Shown piece by piece: positions 30,192-40,629 of a stretch of 64,000 bases of DNA. Made by a program: the position numbers and the translations under genes. The stretch comes from Candidatus Eiseniibacteriota bacterium (lineage in GTDB: Bacteria; Eisenbacteria; RBG-16-71-46; CAVPCR01). Within the stretch, counting starts at the first letter, position 1; every line of letters begins with the position of its first letter. The DNA is taken from the NCBI GenBank assembly GCA_963702435.1, contig CAVPCR010000004.1, forward strand, positions 544,001-608,000, written 5' to 3'. The notes under the pieces were generated by a model. That model searched no databases, was not told where the DNA came from, and saw nothing but the letters and a program-made list of their open reading frames with translations.

Positions 30192-31286
30192 TCAGCCCGC
30201 CACCACGCGGATCGGGATGTGCCCGGCGCCGCTTTGCGCGACGTGCACGGCGATCTTTCCCGCGAGCAGCGAGGCGGTCCGGTTGAAGGCCGCGCTCGCC
30301 GGCGAGTCGGGATGGGAGATCACCATCGGCGTCCCCGCGTCGCCGCCGGCGCGGATGCGCGGATCGATCGGGATCGAGCCCAGGAAGGGGATGGCCAGGT
30401 CGGCCGCTGCCTTCTCCCCGCCGCCGCGCGCGAAGATGTCGTGCACCGCATTGCAGCTCGGGCAGACGAAACCGGCCATGTTCTCGACGAGGCCGAGGGT
30501 CGTGATGTTCACCTTGTCGAACATCATCTTGGCGCGCACCACGTCGGCGAGGGCCACGGCCTGCGGGGTGGTCACGATCACCGCGCCCGTCACCGGCACG
30601 CGCTGCGCGACGGTGAGCTGCACATCGCCCGTTCCCGGCGGCAGATCGATCACCAGGTAGTCGAGCTCGCCCCACGCCACGTCGCGCAGGAGCTGGATCA
30701 CGGCGCCGTTCAGCATCGGGCCGCGCCAGATCATGGCAGTGTCGGGATCCACCAGATAGCCGATCGACATCACCTCGATGCCGTGGCCGGAGAGCGGCCG
30801 GATGCGCTGCTTCGCGTCGAGCATCGGCGGCTGGGTGATGCCCATCATGATCGGGATGGACGGACCGTAGATGTCGGCGTCGAGGAGACCGACGCGGGCA
30901 CCGGTCCTGGCGAGCGCCACCGCCAGGTTCACCGCCACCGTCGACTTGCCCACGCCGCCCTTGCCCGATGCCACGAGCACCGTATTCTTGACGGTCGGGA
31001 TCAGGTTCTCGGCGCCCGGGGTCCCGGCGAGGCCGCGCACCTGGGCGCCGAAGCGAACGTCAATTGCGGTGACTCCGGGCAGGCCGGCGACCGCACGCTC
31101 GCAGGCGGCCTGGATCTCGGCCTTGAGCGGGCAGGCGGGGGTCGTCAGCTCGACGAGGAACGACACGCGTCCGCCCTCGATGCGGATGTCCTTGATCATC
31201 CCGAGCTCGACGAGCGAGCGATCGAGCTCCGGGTCGCGCACGGGCTCCAAGGCGGCCAGCACCGCCTCGGCGGTGAGTCTGTTCAT
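30192..31286 (-). CDS. apbC: Mrp/NBP35 (ApbC) Fe-S cluster carrier ATPase
   Basis: DPEL..TTPACP, SGKGGVGKST, DADIYGPS, WRGPM, DLPPGTGD, ENM..CPSC. Confidence 0.94.
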   Translation of the reverse strand: MNRLTAEAVLAALEPVRDPELDRSLVELGMIKDIRIEGGRVSFLVELTTPACPLKAEIQAACERAVAGLPGVTAIDVRFGAQVRGLAGTPGAENLIPTVKNTVLVASGKGGVGKSTVAVNLAVALARTGARVGLLDADIYGPSIPIMMGITQPPMLDAKQRIRPLSGHGIEVMSIGYLVDPDTAMIWRGPMLNGAVIQLLRDVAWGELDYLVIDLPPGTGDVQLTVAQRVPVTGAVIVTTPQAVALADVVRAKMMFDKVNITTLGLVENMAGFVCPSCNAVHDIFARGGGEKAAADLAIPFLGSIPIDPRIRAGGDAGTPMVISHPDSPASAAFNRTASLLAGKIAVHVAQSGAGHIPIRVVAG

Positions 31287-31421
31287 CGAAAGTCTCTCGT
31301 CGGCCTGAATCGGAGGGGCGGGTGGTCGGCGCGCCCGGTCCGGCGGGAGCCGGGCACCCGGTCATCCTAACGGGGGGTCGGCCGCGAGGCAATGCGGCCG
31401 CGGCGGCTCGCCGCGCCAAGC

Positions 31422-32318
31422 CTAACGCGAGTCCCGTGCGCGGGAGCCTTGACCGGCGAAGGTGACGAGGTCGCGGTACGCATACTGGAGAATGGCAAGC
31501 AGATAGAGGCCTGAAGCGCTCGTCTCGGCCACCTCCTCGGGAGTGAACCCGCCCTCCCAGAAATGGAAACGATCGGCGATGCCACCCAGGCCCTGGAACA
31601 TCGCGCCCACGATCAGGCAGGCGAACGCCGCTCGGACACCGAAGAACTTCCTCAGGAAGAGAAGACCCATGACACCCATCAGCAGGAGATAACCCATCAC
31701 GATCCGCCCGTCGTCGAAGCGCAGGTTGGCACCGATGAACTCGTGGAACATGAAGATCTCATCGAGCGCCAGATAGATGAAGCCGACCCCGAGCAGGCTC
31801 CAGAAGATGCGCTCGCGCCGCGGGAGGGGCGGCGTTCCCGGTCCGCTCAGTGCCGAGAGCGCGCCGAGGAGAAATAGCGACGTGAGCCCCGAGAGGAGAA
31901 GGAGTGTCGAATTCAGATAGTCGCCGAGGGTGAAGGGTTCCGTGGGGAGACGCACCGGGTAGCATCCGAAGTAGACGTAGTTGTCCCAGAACTGCGCGTG
32001 GGAGACGAAAACTCGCGAGTACTCCCCGAGCTTGTCGAAGACGAACACCACCAAGACCAGGCCGAGGGCGAGGAGCCCGGGCAGGAGGAGGCGAGACTCG
32101 CGCGGCAACCGGGCCTCGATGCGGCGCCGGAATGGAAGCGCGGGGAGAAGAAGGGAGCCGAGGGCGACGCAGGAGGCGCTCGCGACGAGGAACGGGACAT
32201 GCATCACCCGCGCCACGTTGAGACCCTGATCGGTCATCAGCTCCGCCCGGGAGAAGGCGCTGAAGAGCCGAGCGGCAAGGAAGAAGAGGATGCCGAGAAT
32301 CCAGAGAACGATGCTCAT
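31422..32318 (-). CDS. Uncharacterised polytopic membrane protein
   Basis: About 8-9 hydrophobic segments; LALDEIFMFHE and PEEVAE motifs. Confidence 0.7.
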   Translation of the reverse strand: MSIVLWILGILFFLAARLFSAFSRAELMTDQGLNVARVMHVPFLVASASCVALGSLLLPALPFRRRIEARLPRESRLLLPGLLALGLVLVVFVFDKLGEYSRVFVSHAQFWDNYVYFGCYPVRLPTEPFTLGDYLNSTLLLLSGLTSLFLLGALSALSGPGTPPLPRRERIFWSLLGVGFIYLALDEIFMFHEFIGANLRFDDGRIVMGYLLLMGVMGLLFLRKFFGVRAAFACLIVGAMFQGLGGIADRFHFWEGGFTPEEVAETSASGLYLLAILQYAYRDLVTFAGQGSRARDSR

Positions 32319-32548
32319 AAGGCCTCACTGACCAGGCGTCGGCCGGGCGCGGGCAGCCGGCTGCGGGCAAGCCGCGACGGCGGCGGCGATCATGCGCCGT
32401 CGGCGGGGCGTGCACAAGCCCCGCGCACTGCACCGGGTCCGTGGGAGGCCGTCCTCCCTGGACGCGCGATCCGAGTGGGGCGCCGGGAACAACCGGTGGG
32501 TGATCTCCCGCTCGTCGGGTTCTGTCTAGGTGTATCAGGTGGCTCCGC

Positions 32549-32750
32549 CGCCCCGGGCAGCCCTCGGCGGCAAACGCTGTCGGGTCATGTGGACTCTTCG
32601 CCCCCGGGCAGCCCTCGGCGGCAAACGCTGTCGGGTCATGTGAACTCTCCGCCCCCGGGCAGCCCTCGGCGGCAAACGCTGTCGGGTCATGTGAACTCTC
32701 CGCCCCGGGCAGCCCTCGGCGGCAAACGCTGTCGGGTCATGTGAACTCTC
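32549..32750. repeat. Four tandem 50-51 bp repeats, no spacers
   Basis: CGCCCC(C)GGGCAGCCCTCGGCGGCAAACGCTGTCGGGTCATGTGAACTCTC at 32549, 32599, 32650, 32701. Confidence 0.93.
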
Positions 32751-32843
32751 CCCGGGCACGCCGTCCCCGGAGCGCGCACAAGCCCGCCACTTTCTGTCTA
32801 TCCAATGAGTGTCTCCCGGCCACGCCGTGGCCCCCCTCGCACG

Positions 32844-32860
32844 TTGCACGAACCGTGCCG
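32844..32860 (-). promoter_or_regulatory. Candidate sigma54 promoter pointing into the 51-bp repeat array
   Basis: Minus strand CGGCACGGTTCGTGCAA = GG-N10-GC. Confidence 0.55.
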
Positions 32861-33216
32861 GTGCGTTTGGAGGAGACTCCCGTGCGTGAGCCTCCTGCAG
32901 ACAGGCAGGAGACGTGCGACTGGGGGCCGCTCGAGAATGGGAGTGCACACGACGTTGTCACATTCGAACACCTCGATGCCAGCTCGTTGCCGGCTCAGGT
33001 GGCGCGGCATTGATCGGTGGAGTTCATGCGCCGCGGCTCGCCGCCGTCGCCGGAGGAGAGTACGCCGCCGTTGAAGGACGGTACGTGCCGGGCGCCAGCG
33101 GGCGGCTTGCGGCAGCAGGCAGCTTGCGCCAGCCGGCGATCGCTCACTAAGATGCGCCGAGATGTGCCGGCTGCGCTGCGCCGCGGCGCCCGCCGTCGCC
33201 GGAGGCCCTTGCTCAG

Positions 33217-35136
33217 ATGAAAACAGCCGTCCTGCTCCTCGCCCTGGTCCTCGCCGCAGCCGTCCTGGCCCAGACCAGAGCGCCGCTCGATCCGCCCGCT
33301 GTCCCGGCCGCGCGCCTGGATCCCCTGGCCGGTCCGGCCGCCCCCGCCGGGGCGGCCGCCCCCGCCGGGCCGGGGGAGCTGATCGCCGCCGCCGATCTCA
33401 TGGCGCACGTCGAGACGCTGGCCTCCGACGCGATGGAAGGGCGCCGGACCGGGGAACCGGGCTCCGAGCGCGCGGCGACCTACATCGCAGCCGAGTTCCG
33501 CCGGCTCGGGCTCGTCCCCGGCGGCGATCAGGGCTCCTACTTCGCCCGCTTCAGCGCCCCGCTCGGGGCTCGCGCCGGGGTCGGGAACCGGCTCGCGCTC
33601 GCGACCGGCGGCGGCGCTGTCGAGCTCGTGCCCGACCGCGACTGGCGACCGCTCGCCTTTGCCGCGTCCACTCGCGGAATACTGCGTTCACCAGTGGTAT
33701 TCTGTGGATACGGCATCGCCGCGACCGACCTGCCTTACGACGACTTCGCCGGTGTGGATATGCGGGGCAAGGTGGCGCTCGTCTTCCGCCTGGAGCCCGG
33801 CGCCGGCGATTCGCTGAGCCCGTTCGACGGGACGCGCCTCACCGTGCACGCCGATCTCCGCAACAAGGCGAAGAACGCCTTCGACCGCGGCGCGGTCGGC
33901 CTCCTCGTCGTCACGGGCCCGGCCGCGGCCGATTCGCTCCTGGCCTTCGACGCTCAGGCCGCCGCGGGCAGCGGCCACCTCCCGGCGGCGCAGGTCGGCC
34001 GCGAGGCGCTTGCTCGCGCGCTCGCGGTCGAGGGCTTCGACCTGGCGCAGGCGCAGGCGGCGATCGACGGTTCGTATCGCCCGCACCCGGCGCCGCTCGC
34101 GCTCACCGTCGAGATGGTCGTGGACGTCGAGGCGGTGACGGCGCCGGCGTTCAACGTGATCGGCATCCTCCCCGGCAGCGATCCCGACAGCCAGCGGACA
34201 GCTATCGTGATCGGCGCCCACTATGACCACCTGGGATGGGGCGGGCGCGGCTCGTTCACCCCGGACCGGCGCGAGATCCACAACGGCGCCGACGACAACG
34301 CCTCGGGAGTCGCCGCGCTCCTCGAGGTTGCGGCCGCGGTCGCCGTGGCGCCGCCCGCGCGCACGCTCGTCTTCGCGGCCTTCACCGGCGAGGAAGTGGG
34401 GCTCCTCGGCTCGACGCGCTACGTGGAGCATCCCGCCTGGCCGCTGGCGGCGACGCGGGCGATGGTGAACATCGACATGATCGGGCGCGGTCCGAACCGG
34501 GAGATCCAGGTGGCCGGGCTCGGGACCTCGCCGCGTTTCCCCGCGCTCATCGAGGCGGGGGCGCGGGCCGTCGAGCTCCGGCCTGTGGTCAACGAGGGCG
34601 GCTACGGCCCGAGCGACCAGACCCCATTCTACGCGCGGAGCATCCCCGTGCTCTTCTTCTTCACCGCGCCGCATGCGGACTATCACCGGCCCACCGACGA
34701 CTGGCAGAAGATCGACGCCGCGTATCTCGAGGCGACGACGCGGCTCATCGCGCGAACGGTCGCCGACCTCGCCGGTGCCGCGGCCCCGCTCGAGTTCGTA
34801 CGCGCGGACGGCGGGTTGCCGCGCGGCGGGCCGAGCGCGGGCGGCGAGGGCTACGGCGGGCGCGGCTACGGACCCTACCTCGGCACCGTCCCCGACTTCA
34901 GCCCGGTCGACCGCGGGATCAAGCTCTCTGGCGTCAAGGAGGGCTCGCCCGCCGAGGCTGCCGGGATCCGGGGGGGCGACGTGATCGTCGGCTGGAACGG
35001 GCGCCCCGTCCTCAACATGCAGGACTACGCGCAGGCCCTGAAGAGCCAGCGCCCCGGGGATCGGGTCGAGCTCGCCATCCTCCGCGACGGGAAGACGATC
35101 GCGGTCGTCGCCACGCTCAGCGAGCGCCCGCGCTAG
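33217..35136 (+). CDS. Secreted M28 family metallopeptidase with PA and C-terminal PDZ domains
   Basis: Signal peptide; LASDAMEGR, GAHYDHLG, NGADDNASG, GEEVGLLGS, NIDMIGR, SDQ, DYH; PDZ GSPAEAAGIRGGDVI. Confidence 0.92.
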   Translation: MKTAVLLLALVLAAAVLAQTRAPLDPPAVPAARLDPLAGPAAPAGAAAPAGPGELIAAADLMAHVETLASDAMEGRRTGEPGSERAATYIAAEFRRLGLVPGGDQGSYFARFSAPLGARAGVGNRLALATGGGAVELVPDRDWRPLAFAASTRGILRSPVVFCGYGIAATDLPYDDFAGVDMRGKVALVFRLEPGAGDSLSPFDGTRLTVHADLRNKAKNAFDRGAVGLLVVTGPAAADSLLAFDAQAAAGSGHLPAAQVGREALARALAVEGFDLAQAQAAIDGSYRPHPAPLALTVEMVVDVEAVTAPAFNVIGILPGSDPDSQRTAIVIGAHYDHLGWGGRGSFTPDRREIHNGADDNASGVAALLEVAAAVAVAPPARTLVFAAFTGEEVGLLGSTRYVEHPAWPLAATRAMVNIDMIGRGPNREIQVAGLGTSPRFPALIEAGARAVELRPVVNEGGYGPSDQTPFYARSIPVLFFFTAPHADYHRPTDDWQKIDAAYLEATTRLIARTVADLAGAAAPLEFVRADGGLPRGGPSAGGEGYGGRGYGPYLGTVPDFSPVDRGIKLSGVKEGSPAEAAGIRGGDVIVGWNGRPVLNMQDYAQALKSQRPGDRVELAILRDGKTIAVVATLSERPR

Positions 35137-35140
35137 GCCT

Positions 35141-35331
35141 TGCTCGGCGAGCGCCGTTGCTCGACTAGCGCCCTTGCTCGGTGAGCACCCGCGTTCGAGC
35201 GCCCGCGCTCGGTGAGCACCCGCGCTAGGCCTTGCTCGGCGAGCGCCCCTGCTCGGCGAGCGCCGTTGCTCGACGAGCGCCGTTGCTCGACGAGCGCCCT
35301 TGCTCGGCGAGCACCCGCGTTCGAGCGCCCG
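35141..35331. repeat. Degenerate 17-bp palindromic tandem array (9 full plus 2 short copies)
   Basis: Unit TGCTCGRCGAGCGCCST with dyad core GCTCG-N-CGAGC, starting just after the peptidase stop. Confidence 0.88.
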
Positions 35332-35445
35332 TGCCGGCCTGACCGCATCGGCGCCGGGCAACGCCAGGCGCCCCGCGGTGCCGGGGGCTGAAGAGGGGGA
35401 GTCGGACCGCAGGTCCGGCCGGGATCGCCAGGACCAGCCCGGCGG

Positions 35446-35474
35446 TTGACCGGTCGCCGGGAAGCCGTCATACT
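35446..35474 (+). promoter_or_regulatory. Candidate sigma70 promoter of the ccs-nuo operon
   Basis: TTGACC-N17-CATACT about 265 bp upstream of the ResB-like ATG. Confidence 0.5.
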
Positions 35475-35739
35475 GGTCGGCTTCGTCCACCTGCCCCTTG
35501 GCGATCATGGCGGCCAAGACCTGATTCGGCAATCACTTGGAGTGATGAATCGGGTTCGGCTCGCGGGCGGGGGAAGCCGTCCTGGCCGCGCGACCGTCCG
35601 GATTGCCGGAACCCTGAGGGGCGGTGGCGGGGTCCTAACCTGATCCGCGCGGCGCCGGTCCGATCCACGGCGGCGACGGGACGCCCCCGCTCCCCCGTCG
35701 GCGTTCCGGCGATCAGCCCACCACGAGCGAAACCTGAAC

Positions 35740-37593
35740 ATGGCGCGTTTTCGCGACACAGCTCTCTACCAGGTCTACTGGTGGCTCACCTCGATCAAGC
35801 TGACCGTGGTGCTCCTCTCGATCATCCTCATCATCCTGATCGTGGGGACCATCTTCGAGGCCAACAAGGGCACCAAGGCGGCGCAGTTCCTCTTCTACAA
35901 CTCGCGGTGGTTCGACGCCCTCCTCATCTTCTTCGCGCTCAACCTAACCTGCTGCACCATCCGGCGCTTCAAGCGGAAGCTGTCGCAGATCGGGTTCCTG
36001 ACGACCCACATCGGCGTGATGACGATCCTCATCGGCGGCCTGATGAGCCGCAATTTCAAGATCGAAGGCCATCTCATCGTGCCGGAGGGGGAGAAGCGGA
36101 GCTACATCCTGCTCGATTCGAACGTGCTCACGGTCAGCGCGACGCAACAGGGCGGCGAACGGGTCGCGCGCGAGTACGACACCCACTACGACAAGCTCGG
36201 CGGCCGCACCGAGGTGAACGATGTCTTCCACGTCCCGGAGGCCGGCGTGGACGTGGTCGTCGATCGCTTCTATCCCGACTTCAGGCGAGCCGAGGTGCTA
36301 GCCGATTCGAGCATCGAGCGGAATCCCGCCGTCGAGCTCCTGGTGCGCGGCTTCGGCGGCGAGCAGACGATCGCCATCTTCGCCGCCGACGATCTGAGCC
36401 GACAGCCCGGCGTGGCGCCGGTCACCTTTGGCCTGGTCGAGGCCCCTGATCAGGCGGCGGTCGAGCGGGAGCTCGGAGCGCCGGGTCCGGCGACGAGCCG
36501 TCGGCTCGGGGTCGTCGAGATCGAGCTCGTCTCGGGCGCGAAGACCGAGATCCCGGTGGACGGCGGCCTCGGCCGGCCGCACCCCGTTCCCGGCACGCCG
36601 GTCGAGGTGACGCTGCGCGGCTTCTACCCGCACTTCATGATCAGCGGTCAGGATTACACGAGCCGGTCCCCGACCATGGCCAATCCCGCGGTGGTGGCCG
36701 AGATCAACGGTCCGAACAACGCGCACGAGCAGCATCTGATCTTCAGCGATCATCCCGAGACGAGCGTTGCGCATCGCGAGGGCGGCGACCTGTCGCGGAG
36801 CGCGCGTTACCGGCGCGAGCCGACGGTCCCGGTCATCGCCGGGCAGGTCAAGCTGGTCAAGGGGCCGGACGGCACGATCCACTACGTGGCGCACGGTGCC
36901 GGCGGTCCAGGCAGCGCCGAGCGGCGGGGAACGCTCGCCGTGGGCGGTGAGGCGCAGTACCCGGAGGCCGGGATCCAGTTCACGCTCCAGCGCGCGCTCG
37001 AGCGAGCGCAGTACGTGGAGCGGATCTGGAACGGCGGGGATGAGTCGGTCAATCCGGCGTTGCATGTCGTGGTGAGCGCCGGCGATGAACAGAGCGGGCA
37101 GTGGGTCACCACCGGCATGCCGCATCGGCTGACGGTCGGCGGGCGCGAGGTGGTGATCGACTACGGCTCGCGACAGCACGATCTCGGGTTCAGCGTCGAG
37201 CTGGAGGACTTCCGCGAGATCACCTATCCGGGCATCTCGATGGCACAGTCGTTCGAATCGGACGTCGTCGTCACCGCGCCGGACAAGCAGTTCTCGCGCA
37301 AGATCTCGATGAACCACCCGCTCAAGTTCCGGGGGTTCAAGTTGTTCCAGTCGAGCTTCCAGCGCGGCGAGCGCGAGACCTCGATCTTCTCGGTGGCTCG
37401 TGATCCCGGTGTGCCCGTCGTGTATACTGGCAGCCTGATTCTTGTCGTGGGGCTCATCCTGATCTTCTTTGTCAAGCCCTACTTGATTCGCTCGGGAGGA
37501 CAGCGACGCGGCACGATGCCTGCGGGCGGTGCGGGTGTGGCGGACGAGGCGTCGCTCGGCACGGTTGCCGGCCCGGGTCTTGGAGGTAGTTAG
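35740..37593 (+). CDS. resB: ResB/Ccs1-like cytochrome c biogenesis protein
   Basis: SIKLTVVLL, FYNSRWF, GFLTTHIG, large soluble domain, ISMNHPLKFRGFKLFQSS, RDPGVPVVYTG. Confidence 0.82.
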   Translation: MARFRDTALYQVYWWLTSIKLTVVLLSIILIILIVGTIFEANKGTKAAQFLFYNSRWFDALLIFFALNLTCCTIRRFKRKLSQIGFLTTHIGVMTILIGGLMSRNFKIEGHLIVPEGEKRSYILLDSNVLTVSATQQGGERVAREYDTHYDKLGGRTEVNDVFHVPEAGVDVVVDRFYPDFRRAEVLADSSIERNPAVELLVRGFGGEQTIAIFAADDLSRQPGVAPVTFGLVEAPDQAAVERELGAPGPATSRRLGVVEIELVSGAKTEIPVDGGLGRPHPVPGTPVEVTLRGFYPHFMISGQDYTSRSPTMANPAVVAEINGPNNAHEQHLIFSDHPETSVAHREGGDLSRSARYRREPTVPVIAGQVKLVKGPDGTIHYVAHGAGGPGSAERRGTLAVGGEAQYPEAGIQFTLQRALERAQYVERIWNGGDESVNPALHVVVSAGDEQSGQWVTTGMPHRLTVGGREVVIDYGSRQHDLGFSVELEDFREITYPGISMAQSFESDVVVTAPDKQFSRKISMNHPLKFRGFKLFQSSFQRGERETSIFSVARDPGVPVVYTGSLILVVGLILIFFVKPYLIRSGGQRRGTMPAGGAGVADEASLGTVAGPGLGGS

Positions 37594-37596
37594 TTC

Positions 37597-39318
37597 ATGC
37601 CGACGACTCGTTGCCACATCATGCCGCCATCTTCCCGTGAAGCCGCCCGCGGCACGCGCGCGGCGGCCGCCCTCCTCGTCTGCGCGCTCGTCGCCGGCAT
37701 CGCCGGCGCGGCCGGCCCCGCCCGCGCCGCGACCATGGACTATTCGGAGGCGAAGCAGATCGCGGTGCAAAGCGGCGGACGCGTGAAGCCGCTCGATACC
37801 TATGCCCGGGAGACCGCCCGCGAGATCACCGGCCGCGAGAAGTTCGCGGGCATGAGCTCGCTCGATCTTCTCTTCACTCTCTTGTTCAAGGGCGAGTCGC
37901 TCCTCGACACCCAGATGTTCAAGATCGGCTTCAGGCCGTTCAAGGAGCGCGCGGGCCTGGACCTGAACCGCCAGCGCTTCTCGTACAACGAGCTGGTGCA
38001 GAACCAGGGATTGATGAACCTGGTCGACCAGGTGCGCGCGAAGCAGCGCGACGGCGGCGATCTCGATCGCCTCGAGCGCGAGGTGTCGGCGGTCTACGGC
38101 CGGCTGGTCGAGATGAGCATGATCATGAACGGAGAGGAGCCGCGTCTGGTGCCGACCCCCGGCGGGCGCGCCGAGTGGCTGTCGGTCGCGCAGGTGGCGT
38201 CGGCCCCGGCGATCGGCGGGAAGATCGCCGGCCCCTGGGAGGCGATGCGGAGCGCATTCGTCGCCGGCGACGGCGCCGCGTTCAAGCAGGCGAGCGCCGA
38301 GCTCCGGACCGGCCTGCGCGAGACCGGCGGCGCCGACTATCCGGCAGAGAAGCGCGTGAACCTCGAGCTCACCTACAACCGCACCAAGCCGCATCTCGTC
38401 GCGCAGTTCCCGTATCTGCTCGCAGCGCTCGGGTTCTTCCTCGGCTTCGCGATCAAGAAGCGCTGGCTCTACCTGCTCTCCTTCGTCCTCCTCCTCGCCG
38501 GGTTCGCGATCCAGACCTACGGCCTCGGCCTCCGCACCATCCTCACCGGCCGGGCGCCGGTCGGAAACATGTACGAGGCGCTCATCTTCATCGGCTGGGG
38601 GGTGGTCGGGCTCGCCATGTTCCTCGAGCTCATGACCCGCTCGCGCATCAACGGCGCGATGGCCGGGATCGCCGGCTTCGTGGTCCTCGTGCTCGCCTAC
38701 TACCTGCCGCTCGATTCGGCGATCAGTCCGCTCGTCGCCGTGCTCAATGCGACCTGGCTCCAGTATCACGTGACCACGATCCTGTTCGGCGATTCGGCGC
38801 TCACCCTTGCCGCGGCGCTGGCCCACTTCGTCATGTTCGCGCAGATTTTCGCGCCGCAGCGGGCCGAGATCCGGCGCAGCGCGATCAACATCATGTATCG
38901 CGCCATCCAGGTCGGCGTGCTCTGCCTTGCCGCGGGCATCATCTTCGGCGCGATCTGGGCCAACGCCTCCTGGGGCCGCTACTGGGGCTGGGACCCGAAG
39001 GAGACCTGGGCGCTCATCACGCTCATCGGCTTCCTGGTGGCCCTGCACGGCAAGCAGGTCGGCTGGCTGCGCGAGCGCGGCATGGTGCTCGTCACGGTCG
39101 TCGGCCTCCAGCTCCTCATCTTCACCGTCTACGGCGTGAACTACTTCCTGGTGGGCCTGCACAGCTATGCGGGCGGTGATACCAGCGTGCAGCTTCCCGC
39201 GCTCCTCATCGGGTACCTGATCATCGAAGGGATCATCGTGACGGCCTACCTCCTGGCCTGCCGGAAGGCCACGGGGGCGGCGCCCGCGGCGCCGGCGGTG
39301 ACCGCAGGCCAGGCCTAG
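37597..39318 (+). CDS. ccsA: CcsA/ResC cytochrome c biogenesis protein with N-terminal soluble domain
   Basis: [25 protein letters not shown] motif [29 protein letters not shown]. Confidence 0.92.
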   Translation: MPTTRCHIMPPSSREAARGTRAAAALLVCALVAGIAGAAGPARAATMDYSEAKQIAVQSGGRVKPLDTYARETAREITGREKFAGMSSLDLLFTLLFKGESLLDTQMFKIGFRPFKERAGLDLNRQRFSYNELVQNQGLMNLVDQVRAKQRDGGDLDRLEREVSAVYGRLVEMSMIMNGEEPRLVPTPGGRAEWLSVAQVASAPAIGGKIAGPWEAMRSAFVAGDGAAFKQASAELRTGLRETGGADYPAEKRVNLELTYNRTKPHLVAQFPYLLAALGFFLGFAIKKRWLYLLSFVLLLAGFAIQTYGLGLRTILTGRAPVGNMYEALIFIGWGVVGLAMFLELMTRSRINGAMAGIAGFVVLVLAYYLPLDSAISPLVAVLNATWLQYHVTTILFGDSALTLAAALAHFVMFAQIFAPQRAEIRRSAINIMYRAIQVGVLCLAAGIIFGAIWANASWGRYWGWDPKETWALITLIGFLVALHGKQVGWLRERGMVLVTVVGLQLLIFTVYGVNYFLVGLHSYAGGDTSVQLPALLIGYLIIEGIIVTAYLLACRKATGAAPAAPAVTAGQA

Positions 39319-39355
39319 CGGCAGCGGTGCCCCGGGCGAAAGGAGTCTCAAGGAC

Positions 39356-39949
39356 ATGGCGGGAGCAACGGGCGGCAACCAGGCGGCCATCCCGATCGCC
39401 ACGTACGGGAGTCCGGCGCCGGGCCGGGCGAGTGTTCCCGGCGGCGGCATGCCGATGCAGTGGCTGACCACGCGCGTCGACGACTTCGTCAACTGGGCGC
39501 GCGGGAACTCGATCTGGCCGATGACCTACGGCACCGCGTGCTGCGGCATCGAGGTCATGTCGGTTCTCTCCTCGCACTACGATCTCGCCCGTTTCGGATT
39601 CGAGGTCGTGCGCTTCTCGCCGCGGCAGGCCGATCTCCTGATCGTGGCCGGGACCGTCGTCGACAAGCTGGCGCCGGTCATGAAGACCGTGTACCAGCAG
39701 ATGCCGGATCCGAAGTGGGTGATCGCGATGGGCGCCTGCGCCAGCTCAGGCGGCTTCTATCGCGCCTATCACGTGGTGCAGGGGATCGACGAGGTGATCC
39801 CGGTGGATGTCTACGTCCCGGGCTGCCCGCCGACGCCGGAGGGGCTCATCTACGGCATTCTCGAGCTCAAGAAGAAGATCGAGCGCGGCGAGACGCGGCC
39901 GCAGATCGCGGCCCGCGAGCGCGCAGCCCAGGCCGAGCGGCAAGGCTAG
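39356..39949 (+). CDS. nuoB: NADH-quinone oxidoreductase subunit B
   Basis: [33 protein letters not shown]. Confidence 0.95.
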   Translation: MAGATGGNQAAIPIATYGSPAPGRASVPGGGMPMQWLTTRVDDFVNWARGNSIWPMTYGTACCGIEVMSVLSSHYDLARFGFEVVRFSPRQADLLIVAGTVVDKLAPVMKTVYQQMPDPKWVIAMGACASSGGFYRAYHVVQGIDEVIPVDVYVPGCPPTPEGLIYGILELKKKIERGETRPQIAARERAAQAERQG

Positions 39950-39997
39950 GCGCGGGGATCGCGCGCCGGCAGTCAGGCGGCACGCGGCCAGGAGGGC

Positions 39998-40546
39998 GTG
40001 AGGGTGAGCGAGACGATGGATCAGGCAGGCGCCGGTCCGACCGAGCGTCTGCTCAGGGCAGAGCTCGGCGATCGCGTGCTCGCCGTGAGCGAGAGCCATG
40101 GGGATCTCGCCGTCGAGATCCGGCCGGAGGCGCTCCTCGCCGCGGCCCGGCTCCTCAAGGAGCATCCGGAGCTCGACTACAGCTACCTGATGGACATCGC
40201 GGCCGTCGACCACCTGGGCCGGGAGCCGCGCTTCGCGGTGATCTACAACTTCTACTCGCTCCGCCACAGGCACCGCGTGCGGGTCAGCGTCCGCGTCCCC
40301 GAGGACGCGCCGGTCCTCGATTCGCTCTACTCGCTGTGGCCCGCCGCGGACTGGTTCGAACGCGAGGCGTGGGATCTCATGGGGGTCCGGTTCCGCGGGC
40401 ATCCGCGGCTCGTGCGGATCCTTACCCACCCCGAGTTCGTCGGCCACGCGCTGCGCAAGGACTACCATTCGGCCGAGCGCCACCGGCTGTCGCGTACGTA
40501 CGACCTGTTCCTCGAGGAGAAGGCGGGGGCGCCGCCCGCCGAGTAG
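39998..40546 (+). CDS. nuoC: NADH-quinone oxidoreductase subunit C
   Basis: AADWFEREAWDLMGVRFRGHP, GHALRKDY. Confidence 0.93.
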   Translation: MRVSETMDQAGAGPTERLLRAELGDRVLAVSESHGDLAVEIRPEALLAAARLLKEHPELDYSYLMDIAAVDHLGREPRFAVIYNFYSLRHRHRVRVSVRVPEDAPVLDSLYSLWPAADWFEREAWDLMGVRFRGHPRLVRILTHPEFVGHALRKDYHSAERHRLSRTYDLFLEEKAGAPPAE

Positions 40547-40629
40547 CCGCCGGTCACGGCGGGTCCGGGACCGGCCTTGGAAGGATGCGGCCCGCGCCCG
40601 GCGCGGCGCCGATGGAGCGTAAGCGAGCC

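Noticed and set aside
32549..32750. CRISPR array
   Set aside because: Repeats are contiguous with no unique spacers and there are no cas genes in the window.
35141..35331. CRISPR array or coding repeat
   Set aside because: 17-bp units without spacers; overlapping ORFs are low-complexity translations.
36298..39492. 1064-aa minus-strand ORF
   Set aside because: Shadow of resB/ccsA.
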